A stretch of 64,000 bases of DNA from Promethearchaeota archaeon Loki_b31 (GTDB lineage Archaea; Asgardarchaeota; Lokiarchaeia; Sigyniarchaeales; SOKP01): positions 42,571-106,570 of the forward strand of contig NJBI01000001.1 in NCBI GenBank assembly GCA_005222975.1, given 5' to 3'. Shown one piece after another: positions 57,125 through 64,000 of this stretch; position 1 is the first letter of the stretch; every line of letters starts with the position of its first letter. The position numbers were made by a program, and so were the translations under genes. The notes under the pieces were generated by a model that worked only from the letters and a program-made list of their open reading frames with translations, did no database searches and was not told the DNA's origin.

Positions 57125-57343
57125 ATGATTTTTCAAGAAGAGACTATTTTAGAGCCTATTTTTACATTTTTATGGTTAAGTGTAATTATTATAATAGTCA
57201 TTATTTATGTAATAGCAATAGCAATAGCTGTATGGGTTTACAACGATGCTAAGAAAAGAGATATGAATGCTGTAGTGTGGTTATTAATTGTGTTATTTAC
57301 TAGTTGTATCGGATGTATTATATATTTGATAGTTAGAGAATAG
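57125..57343 (+). CDS. PLDc_N-domain small membrane protein
   Basis: Two TM segments with VWVYNDAKKRDMNAVVWLLIVLFTSCIGCIIYLIVR. Confidence 0.5.
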   Translation: MIFQEETILEPIFTFLWLSVIIIIVIIYVIAIAIAVWVYNDAKKRDMNAVVWLLIVLFTSCIGCIIYLIVRE

Positions 57344-57578
57344 TCATGAGAAGATTTTGGAAGTAAAAGTAGATTTATAATTTTTGTCGGTTTATTAGCT
57401 TTTGATTTTCTTTTTTTTCCATTGTATTGTTGGTTTGATAGATTGAATTACTTTTTATATACGTTAAAAATTAGAAAATGAAAAATTTGAAAGTTTTTAA
57501 TTACTAAAAAAATTACTACTAAATATTCATAAATCAAATTTTAAAAATAATTAAATTAATTGAAAATAGGTTATTAAA

Positions 57579-57584
57579 AGAGGT
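57579..57584 (+). promoter_or_regulatory. Shine-Dalgarno-like AGAGGT 8 nt upstream of ATG 57593
   Basis: aaAGAGGTtattaaatATG. Confidence 0.35.
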
Positions 57585-57592
57585 TATTAAAT

Positions 57593-58543
57593 ATGTCGGA
57601 AAATGTATTTGAACATATTAAAATTGAATGGCCCACAAAAACAGACGAACAAGGTCATATTATTCGAGAAGGGACAATTGATGGAAATTACGCGGTAATA
57701 TCAATTAACAGACCAGATCGATTAAATGCTTTAACAAATCAAACAGTTTCAGAACTTGCTCAAGCTTTACGACTTATGGAAACTGATCCGAGCGTAAGAG
57801 CTGTAGTATTACGAGGTACAAAGAATGTAACTAAAAAACCTTCCTTTTCGGTAGGAGCTGATTTAGGTGCTGGTTTCGGTAAAGATCTAAAACCAAATAT
57901 CCCTTGGCATATGGCTTTAGCTATGAGATTACGACATCGTGATTATGATGAATTAGAACAATTTAATAAACCCTTAATTGCTGCTGTTGATGGTTTTGCT
58001 TTAGGTGGGGGTATCGAATTAGTGCTTACATGCGATATTGTTATTGCTTCTGATAGATCAATATTTGGGGTACCTGAAATCAATCGAGGAATTTTTCCTG
58101 CTAATGGCGGTATTACCCGCATGGCAGAGAGAGTAGGGCTTAATAGAGCACTCCGCATGGCTTATTTTGGTGAGCATTTCGAAGCTAAAACGATGCTCGA
58201 CTGGGGACTTGTCACTTGGATTGCGCCTGCTGGAGAAGAATTTGAAAAACTTGTCCACGAAAAAGCCAAATGGCTTGGTGATGCTCCAACAACAGCATTA
58301 TTTGTTATAAAGAAGGGTGTTAAATTTGGAACGCGCTATCCGCAATTAGGCCTTATCATGGAACAGATGGGTTTTGGAATCAACCAAGTATCCTTTGATG
58401 CAAAGGAAGGAATAATGGCTTTTAACAGAAAAGTTAAATGTCCAAATTGCGGCGGAAAAGGTAAATTTGAAGACGGTACAAAGTGTGACATGTGCGGTGG
58501 CAGAAGAAAGATAAAGGATACACCTCATTTTAAAGGAATTTAA
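57593..58543 (+). CDS. Enoyl-CoA hydratase/isomerase (crotonase) fused to a C-terminal DnaJ-type CxxCxGxG zinc-finger hairpin
   Basis: Crotonase core INRPDRLNALT, AAVDGFALGGGIELVLTCDIVIAS and GVPEINRGIFP. The C-terminus is KCPNCGGKGKFEDGTKCDMCGGRRKI (nt about 58436-58513). Confidence 0.8.
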   Translation: MSENVFEHIKIEWPTKTDEQGHIIREGTIDGNYAVISINRPDRLNALTNQTVSELAQALRLMETDPSVRAVVLRGTKNVTKKPSFSVGADLGAGFGKDLKPNIPWHMALAMRLRHRDYDELEQFNKPLIAAVDGFALGGGIELVLTCDIVIASDRSIFGVPEINRGIFPANGGITRMAERVGLNRALRMAYFGEHFEAKTMLDWGLVTWIAPAGEEFEKLVHEKAKWLGDAPTTALFVIKKGVKFGTRYPQLGLIMEQMGFGINQVSFDAKEGIMAFNRKVKCPNCGGKGKFEDGTKCDMCGGRRKIKDTPHFKGI

Positions 58544-58641
58544 ATAACATTTGAATTTTTTTTTCTTTTTTTCCTTAACAATATTTCTTTTTAATAATAT
58601 TTTCTATAATTTTTTAAACAATTTTAGTTATAAAATAACTA

Positions 58642-59190
58642 ATGGCAAATATCGAAATAATCGATGAAATTAACGAAGGAAATCTTTTTCTTAGGAAGGT
58701 TTCTAAAGATGACCTTTCTTTTTTTTATAATAGTCTTAATAATAAAGAGATGACTAATTTTTTGTCGTTAGGACCGCTAAGATCTTTAGAACATTCAAGA
58801 AGATTAATCAAAAATTATCTAAAATCATGGGATAAATATCTTCAATTTAATTATGTTATAGAATTACGAGATGATAAAAGTAAAAGTAGGATTGGTTCAG
58901 CTAGTCTCTGGAATATAAGTTGGTTTCATAATCGTTCTGGTGTTGGAATATGGATTCTTCCAGAATATTGGGAGAAAGGATTAGGTAAACGAGTAATAAA
59001 ATTACTTAAAAATATTGCTTTTAACCATTTAAATCTAAATAGGATCGAAGCACATATCGCTGTTAAAAATGAAAGGTCCATCAAAATGTTTAAAAACTCT
59101 AACTTCGAAGAGGAAGGAATACTAAGAAAATATCTTAATATTAACGGTAAATTTTATGATGCTTTGATACTTTCTTCTTTTAAAATTTAA
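58642..59190 (+). CDS. GNAT acetyltransferase, RimJ/RimL (Acetyltransf_3) type
   Basis: LFLRKVSKDDLSFFY..., GKRVIKLLKNIAFNHLNLNRIEAHIAVKNERSIKMFKNSNFEEEGILRKY. Confidence 0.75.
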   Translation: MANIEIIDEINEGNLFLRKVSKDDLSFFYNSLNNKEMTNFLSLGPLRSLEHSRRLIKNYLKSWDKYLQFNYVIELRDDKSKSRIGSASLWNISWFHNRSGVGIWILPEYWEKGLGKRVIKLLKNIAFNHLNLNRIEAHIAVKNERSIKMFKNSNFEEEGILRKYLNINGKFYDALILSSFKI

Positions 59191-59633
59191 AAAACTCCAG
59201 GACTTATTACAAAATTTCTCAAAAGTCCTTTAGGTTTTATCATATCATTAATATCCTTAGAGAAACTTTTAAAAGGAGCAACATTTCCGTTAAAATTCAT
59301 CAATTCGCTTTTAAATTTAACAAAGAAATTATCAAAGATTTTAACAGCAATATTGTCGATTGACTTTTTTTTCAGCTTTTTATTATCGACTTTACTATCA
59401 CATTTTAAAATCAGATGAAAATTAGTTCTAGGATGCGTTTTAAAATAAAATACGCTTCTTTTCATTTTTAAAGTGGTTAAACTCTCTTTGAACCCGTATT
59501 TGGTAAATCGGCAAATCTGGTCGAAATAGCTACCAATTAATTGATAATTATTATCCTCATTTGAACTACCGCTAAAGTTATGGTAAAATATGGGAATGCC
59601 CGTGTTATTAAGAATAATAATCTCTTGGATCAA
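59187..59633 (-). CDS. Stand-alone longin/roadblock-like domain protein
   Basis: MIQEIIILNNTGIPIFYHNFSG...LIGSYFDQICRFTK...FHLILKCD is collinear with the N-domain of the GTPase fusion at 36485. Confidence 0.5.
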   Translation of the reverse strand: MIQEIIILNNTGIPIFYHNFSGSSNEDNNYQLIGSYFDQICRFTKYGFKESLTTLKMKRSVFYFKTHPRTNFHLILKCDSKVDNKKLKKKSIDNIAVKIFDNFFVKFKSELMNFNGNVAPFKSFSKDINDMIKPKGLLRNFVISPGVF

Positions 59634-59738
59634 TATTAATCCAAAAATTAAATTGATTTTATACTATTTAATACCTTCGTTAAAAAATTATAAACCGTTT
59701 GATATTAATTAAACTGGTTATTAAGAAGAGAATAAAAA

Positions 59739-60707
59739 CTATTTTTTTTTAAAAACAGCTTTTAATTGGCTCAATATTTCTTTAAATATTTCAAGAGCTC
59801 CAGAATAATCGTCATATTTCAAGGCTTCGATACCTTGGATGTTTAAATTGTTAACCTTAGTTTTTAATTCTTCGCTTTTGGAAACTTCCCTTATCTTATT
59901 TTCAATAATATCAATATATTCAGTATATTTCTCTAAATAATGATTTTTACCAATAAATCTTGAAATTTTAATAATTTTCTTAATATTGTTTATTGCTTGC
60001 TCAAATTGATTTTGAGAAACATTTTGTTTAATTTCGCTTTCTAAATCTTTTAAATCTTCTTCTAATTTAAGATATTTATCCTCAGCATCAATTAAACTTT
60101 TCATTTTTATTTTTAATTTCTGTTGATAATCTAAGAAATCTCCTTTTTGCAAAAATTCTATCTTAGAGTTAAGTATTTGTTTTGCCTTATCAAATTCGTA
60201 ATTATCTATTAATCTTGAAACTTCTGCCAATGAATGTTCAATGTCTTCATTGATATCAATTTTTTTTTTTAATTCTAAAAATATTGCTTCGGAAGTTTCC
60301 CACATTTTCAGCGTTTCGGTATCTTTAAGCTTTTTCAGAAGAGTTTTTGCTTGTTCTAATGTTTCTTCTGCTAATGTGATATTATTAGTACTGATATAGC
60401 TATTAAACTGGATTTCTAATGGTTCAAGTTGTTTTTTTAGAGTATTTTGTTGTTTTTCAATTTCAATAATTTTATTATTTTCTTTAACTTTTTTATAAAG
60501 GTCTGCAATGAACTCTCCTTCCTCCCTTACAATAGAATATAATTTAGCATCTTCAGCTATTTCCATTATTTCTTCTGCTATTTTTATTGCGTCATCAAAT
60601 TTACCCATTAAATAGTGGTTATTCGCTATTACTTTTAACTCATCAATTTTAGATAAAACTACTATTTTTTTCTTATTATTAGTTTCTTTGTCTGAGTTTA
60701 AATCCAA
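59739..60707 (-). CDS. Alpha-helical repeat (TPR-like hairpin/coiled-coil) protein
   Basis: Recurrent motif x-[FY]-[DE]-x-A-x5-I: HYLMGKFDDAIKIAEEI, NYEFDKAKQIL, QNQFEQAINNIKKI, YDDYSGALEIFKEIL. It lies 2 nt downstream of the preceding gene. Confidence 0.5.
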   Translation of the reverse strand: MDLNSDKETNNKKKIVVLSKIDELKVIANNHYLMGKFDDAIKIAEEIMEIAEDAKLYSIVREEGEFIADLYKKVKENNKIIEIEKQQNTLKKQLEPLEIQFNSYISTNNITLAEETLEQAKTLLKKLKDTETLKMWETSEAIFLELKKKIDINEDIEHSLAEVSRLIDNYEFDKAKQILNSKIEFLQKGDFLDYQQKLKIKMKSLIDAEDKYLKLEEDLKDLESEIKQNVSQNQFEQAINNIKKIIKISRFIGKNHYLEKYTEYIDIIENKIREVSKSEELKTKVNNLNIQGIEALKYDDYSGALEIFKEILSQLKAVFKKK

Positions 60708-60709
60708 TA

Positions 60710-61771
60710 CTATGCACCCGTCAAAGTTTTATTCTTAAATTCTAATTTTTTGATAATTTTTTCAAAGATTTCTATAGCTTTAGATTTTTCACCTTTTTCC
60801 AAATTATTAAGGGCTTCCATACTTACTTGAGCTATTTCACTAACTGTTTCTTTTTTTGCTTCATTATATTGGGTTTCAAATTGTTTCAAACTATTTAAAA
60901 CATCATCATCAAATAAATTCTTAATCTCAGCTTTAATTTTTCCAAAAAATTCTTTTGCTTGCTTTAAATTACCTTTATTGGGACCTGTTTTAAACGAATT
61001 ATAGAATTCATCAATTTCCTTTTTTATTTTTTCTTGTTCGATTTTCAAACTATATATCATGTTTTCATCTTTTAATATTAGTTGCTGGGCTAAGGGAATT
61101 GAAGAAATGTTGTATTCATCTTCGTATTTTTTTTTGAAATCATCTACTAGGCTATGTGCCTCTCGATAATTCTCTACCTCCACTAACTGGTTAAAATTTT
61201 TAATTCCTTCCCTACTTTGATGTTCTATTTGGTGAAGAATTTCACTAGCGCTCTCTCTCGATTGAGCTTCGTTGATAAAGTTGATTTGATCTTGCTCAAG
61301 AGAAACATCGTCTATATCCTTGGCAAGGTTAACAATTTTCTGAGCAGCATTAATTGCCATATCGTAATTTTCTGAAATGAAATACTTATCTACCTTTTCT
61401 TTTAACCTGTTTATTTCAGAAAGAATTGGTAACAAATTAGTCTCTAGCTTTTTAATTCTAACTTTCAGGACCTCTTCTGTAATCCCAATAACATTTAAAA
61501 ATTCCGCAGGTTCTAATCCTGATTCGATTGTAATGTTTCTTAAAATCTTTAATTCCGGATACTCACTTGAAATAGCTCCCCGTATTTGTGGGATAAGTTT
61601 TTTCAAGCTTTGCGAGACTTTTTTCCCAATCCAAATATACACTAATCTTTGATTTGGCACGTAAAATGTTAAGATATCAAACAGAGTAAAGCTAAGGAGT
61701 ATTTTCTCTTCTGAAATTTCCTTAAAGGTTCCAGAATAATTTAACTTAAAAATTTTAATATTAGAACTCAT
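60710..61771 (-). CDS. Gelsolin-like N-terminal domain fused to an alpha-helical repeat tail
   Basis: N-terminal about 100 aa: IKIFKLN...SFTLFDILTFYVPNQRLVYIWIGKKVSQSLKKLIPQIRGAI...IESGLEPAEFLNVIG. This follows the gelsolin-repeat pattern (f.l.sgD.fil....iy.W.G...s..ek..a...a......eg.Ep.eF...lg). The tail carries the same helical repeats as 59739..60707. Confidence 0.5.
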   Translation of the reverse strand: MSSNIKIFKLNYSGTFKEISEEKILLSFTLFDILTFYVPNQRLVYIWIGKKVSQSLKKLIPQIRGAISSEYPELKILRNITIESGLEPAEFLNVIGITEEVLKVRIKKLETNLLPILSEINRLKEKVDKYFISENYDMAINAAQKIVNLAKDIDDVSLEQDQINFINEAQSRESASEILHQIEHQSREGIKNFNQLVEVENYREAHSLVDDFKKKYEDEYNISSIPLAQQLILKDENMIYSLKIEQEKIKKEIDEFYNSFKTGPNKGNLKQAKEFFGKIKAEIKNLFDDDVLNSLKQFETQYNEAKKETVSEIAQVSMEALNNLEKGEKSKAIEIFEKIIKKLEFKNKTLTGA

Positions 61772-61902
61772 CTATACAATCATTAAGTTATGATAATATT
61801 TCAATTTTCTTTAGTATAAATTAAAATTATAATGTCCAATAAATATTTTAAGTTATCATAAGTGAAAAAAAAAAAAATGAAAAATAAAAAATTGATTAAC
61901 TT

Positions 61903-64000
61903 TTAATTCTTAGAACTTTCAACGGGTTTCTTTATAATCTGTTTTGGTTTAGTAATTTGTTCTACGGGTCTTCCTTTCAATAATTTGGATGTCTTATTTA
62001 ATTCACTTTGGTATTCAACACTGAAAGCTTTTTCTCTCTCCGTTATATCAATTCTTGGATTTTTTGTTTTTCCAAGTGTTTTAGAAAATTTTCTAACTTT
62101 TCTAACTGGTTTGGGATATTTCAAATATTTTTGGTAAGCGTAAATGTAACCTCCAATTATTATAGCCGCTGAAGTTATAGCAATTATCATGATTAAAATC
62201 AGTAATGCTTCTTCTGCGGGTGTAATAGCACTCACCGTTATCTCAAAGTTTTCAAATTCATAATTATCTCCGTAATAGGCGGTAATAGTAATTTTAATAG
62301 TACCTTCAGGTATATTTTCAAAAACTATCTCATATATTCCATCATTGTCTGGATCCACAAGAAAACCATGTCCAAGAGCACCACTATATGACACAATTGC
62401 GCCTTTTATTGTTCCTCCAAAATCTAAATCATATAATACGACTTTTATTGTTACTGCATCTCCGGGATGAACCGATATTTTTGAGATTCCATCCTCCGTG
62501 GTAATATTCGTATAAATTCGTCTGATGTCGATTCTGAGATCGTTAGTCTGAAGTATGTAATTTTCTTTTTCTGCAGAAACTGCTATGATTCTTATCCCAA
62601 TATCTAAAATGCTTGAATTGAATGTATAAGAATATTGTTTTAATGTTTTATCTTCAGTTAAACTATTTGATATCGCTCCAAATAAAGTAACTGTGGCATT
62701 TTCAATGTGATTACCACCTAAGTCAGTATATCTTACAGTTATGTTTAAGAGTTTACCGATAGCAATATCAGTAGATGGATCAATAGTCATATTTATGCCA
62801 TTTAGGTAAATTTCTAATAGCGTTCTCCTTTCAGTCACCTCCGTAATAAAGCGAATCGATTTAGGGTTATAATTAGTCAAATTAGCAAAAATTGATAAAT
62901 AATCAATCCCTAAACCTAATTCAGAAGCATTCAACAAAAAACTATATTGACCAAGGATGGGTTTTTCTACGAACGACTCGGAAAGTCCCCCTCCAGCTAA
63001 CTTTATTGTCGCTCCACCTAAATGATTAGAAGAGGCATCTTTATAAGTGACTGTAATATTTAATTTTTGCCAAAATTCAATTGAAACTACATCGTCTTCA
63101 TATTTTTCAGTGCCATTTATAAATAATTCTAAAAATGACGCTTTTTCAGTTATAAAAATCCTAATTGGAATAGATTGTGGTTGGTACATGTTAGCTTTAA
63201 CTGTAATTATCATTGAATATAGCTTATCTGGCTGGTATCCTGGACCAGAAGCATTACAAGTGAGCGTATACACACCTTGAGTAACCATAACAAAGTGCTG
63301 TTCACCTGCCCAATTTGTCGAAAGATTATTTGTTTCAATTCCAATACCACTATATATTTCAGTATAATTAAATTGAATTGTAAAATTCTGCTCGAAAGGA
63401 ACGCCAGTAAAATAGTCATTATCAACTGTAAGAATTGTATTTTTGATGATGCTAATTGTAATGTTTGCTTCACTACTTACAAAAGCAGGCGAATTTGCAT
63501 AGATCGTCAATGTATTATTGCCCGCATTTGGAGCTCCAGTAACATTAAATTCAAGAAAGTAATAACCTGGACTTATTTCATTAAAATATTGGATTATTGA
63601 AGGGTGAGTAAAATTATAAGTATAAATAATCGCATTTTCGATCGCATCAAAGTTTTCTAAATCGTTGAATGATACTCTTAAATTTAATACTGAACCATCA
63701 ATTATATCCTCATAAAAGCTGATGTCTGGTATAAGCTCAGAATCGTGCCTAACGCTAAATTTTTTATAAATAATCCCTGTTTCGTTCAAACCATAAATTG
63801 AGTAAGAATTATTCCACGTTATAATTGCTTCATATTCTCCAACTTCATAATTAGGTGGTACCGAGGGAATTTGAAACGCATTGAAATGAACATAACCATT
63901 AGAGTCAACTGAAGCAAATTGACTTTGACCAGACCATAAAGTGCCATTCGGAAACCTAATTTGGAGAAATGCTTTTGTATTTTGAATGTAGCTTGAAACC
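61903..64000 (-). CDS. Large type-I membrane-anchored surface (glyco)protein with Ig-like internal repeats. The 5' end runs off the right window edge
   Basis: The frame stays open from 63789 to 64000 (manual check: no stop), so the TTG at 63789 is not the real start. There are at least 15 N-x-S/T sequons and two consecutive repeats of about 105 aa. A C-terminal TM (ALLILIMIIAITSAAIIIGGYIYAY) is followed by a basic cytoplasmic tail. Confidence 0.6.
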   Translation of the reverse strand, partial: VSSYIQNTKAFLQIRFPNGTLWSGQSQFASVDSNGYVHFNAFQIPSVPPNYEVGEYEAIITWNNSYSIYGLNETGIIYKKFSVRHDSELIPDISFYEDIIDGSVLNLRVSFNDLENFDAIENAIIYTYNFTHPSIIQYFNEISPGYYFLEFNVTGAPNAGNNTLTIYANSPAFVSSEANITISIIKNTILTVDNDYFTGVPFEQNFTIQFNYTEIYSGIGIETNNLSTNWAGEQHFVMVTQGVYTLTCNASGPGYQPDKLYSMIITVKANMYQPQSIPIRIFITEKASFLELFINGTEKYEDDVVSIEFWQKLNITVTYKDASSNHLGGATIKLAGGGLSESFVEKPILGQYSFLLNASELGLGIDYLSIFANLTNYNPKSIRFITEVTERRTLLEIYLNGINMTIDPSTDIAIGKLLNITVRYTDLGGNHIENATVTLFGAISNSLTEDKTLKQYSYTFNSSILDIGIRIIAVSAEKENYILQTNDLRIDIRRIYTNITTEDGISKISVHPGDAVTIKVVLYDLDFGGTIKGAIVSYSGALGHGFLVDPDNDGIYEIVFENIPEGTIKITITAYYGDNYEFENFEITVSAITPAEEALLILIMIIAITSAAIIIGGYIYAYQKYLKYPKPVRKVRKFSKTLGKTKNPRIDITEREKAFSVEYQSELNKTSKLLKGRPVEQITKPKQIIKKPVESSKN

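Noticed and set aside
59187-59190. Convergent genes sharing overlapping stop codons (TTAA)
   Set aside because: The overlap is real but is a trivial consequence of tight packing. It gives no evidence of regulatory significance.
63047-63600. ORFs 63047(+), 63210(-), 63277(+)
   Set aside because: They are shadow or alternative-frame ORFs inside the long surface-protein gene, and the main frame has repeat and sequon structure that supports it.
1-64000. Searched for tRNA/rRNA genes, CRISPR arrays and IS elements
   Set aside because: The AT-rich intergenic regions contain no GC-rich structured islands of about 75 nt. I saw no regularly spaced direct repeats of 25-40 nt and no transposase or integrase-like ORF. 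The only simple repeats are (AAT)7 and homopolymers.

Overview
This is an AT-rich, gene-dense chromosomal segment with about 65 protein genes on both strands. I found no rRNA, tRNA, CRISPR array, transposase or integrase. By inference the source is an Asgard (Loki-type) archaeon. It carries four Ras-superfamily small GTPases plus one degenerate pseudo-GTPase, and a longin/roadblock-like domain in three different architectures. It also has a gelsolin-like domain protein. Archaeal markers include a short XPF/ERCC4 nuclease, an MJ0400-like ADH synthase/class I aldolase and a COG1964/Tes-like radical SAM enzyme.

The items most worth a second look are:
1. A minus-strand lipid-themed cluster at 16.5-24.8 kb. 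It encodes a HAD phosphatase, a tandem double LPLAT acyltransferase, two HgdB/DUF2229-like Fe-S subunits and an HgdC-type ATP-dependent activase. It also holds a catalytically degenerate LPLAT and a divergently transcribed SCP2-like lipid-binding protein. The architecture is a split PlsA/PlsR- or Ger-like ester-to-(vinyl)ether system sitting next to ester-lipid acyltransferases in an archaeon.
2. A three-gene corrinoid methyl-transfer operon. It pairs a non-Pyl MttB-family methyltransferase with a MetH-type homocysteine S-methyltransferase domain protein.
3. Two tandem MFS paralogs, each interrupted by exactly one in-frame stop. The downstream parts still show a purifying-selection pattern.
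4. A block of three LMW-PTPs, a macro domain protein and a membrane protein with a roadblock-like domain.
5. A block encoding a gelsolin-like protein, two helical-repeat proteins, a longin-like protein and a giant N-glycosylation-rich surface protein.

All functional calls come from motif recognition by eye on the supplied translations. No database search was run.
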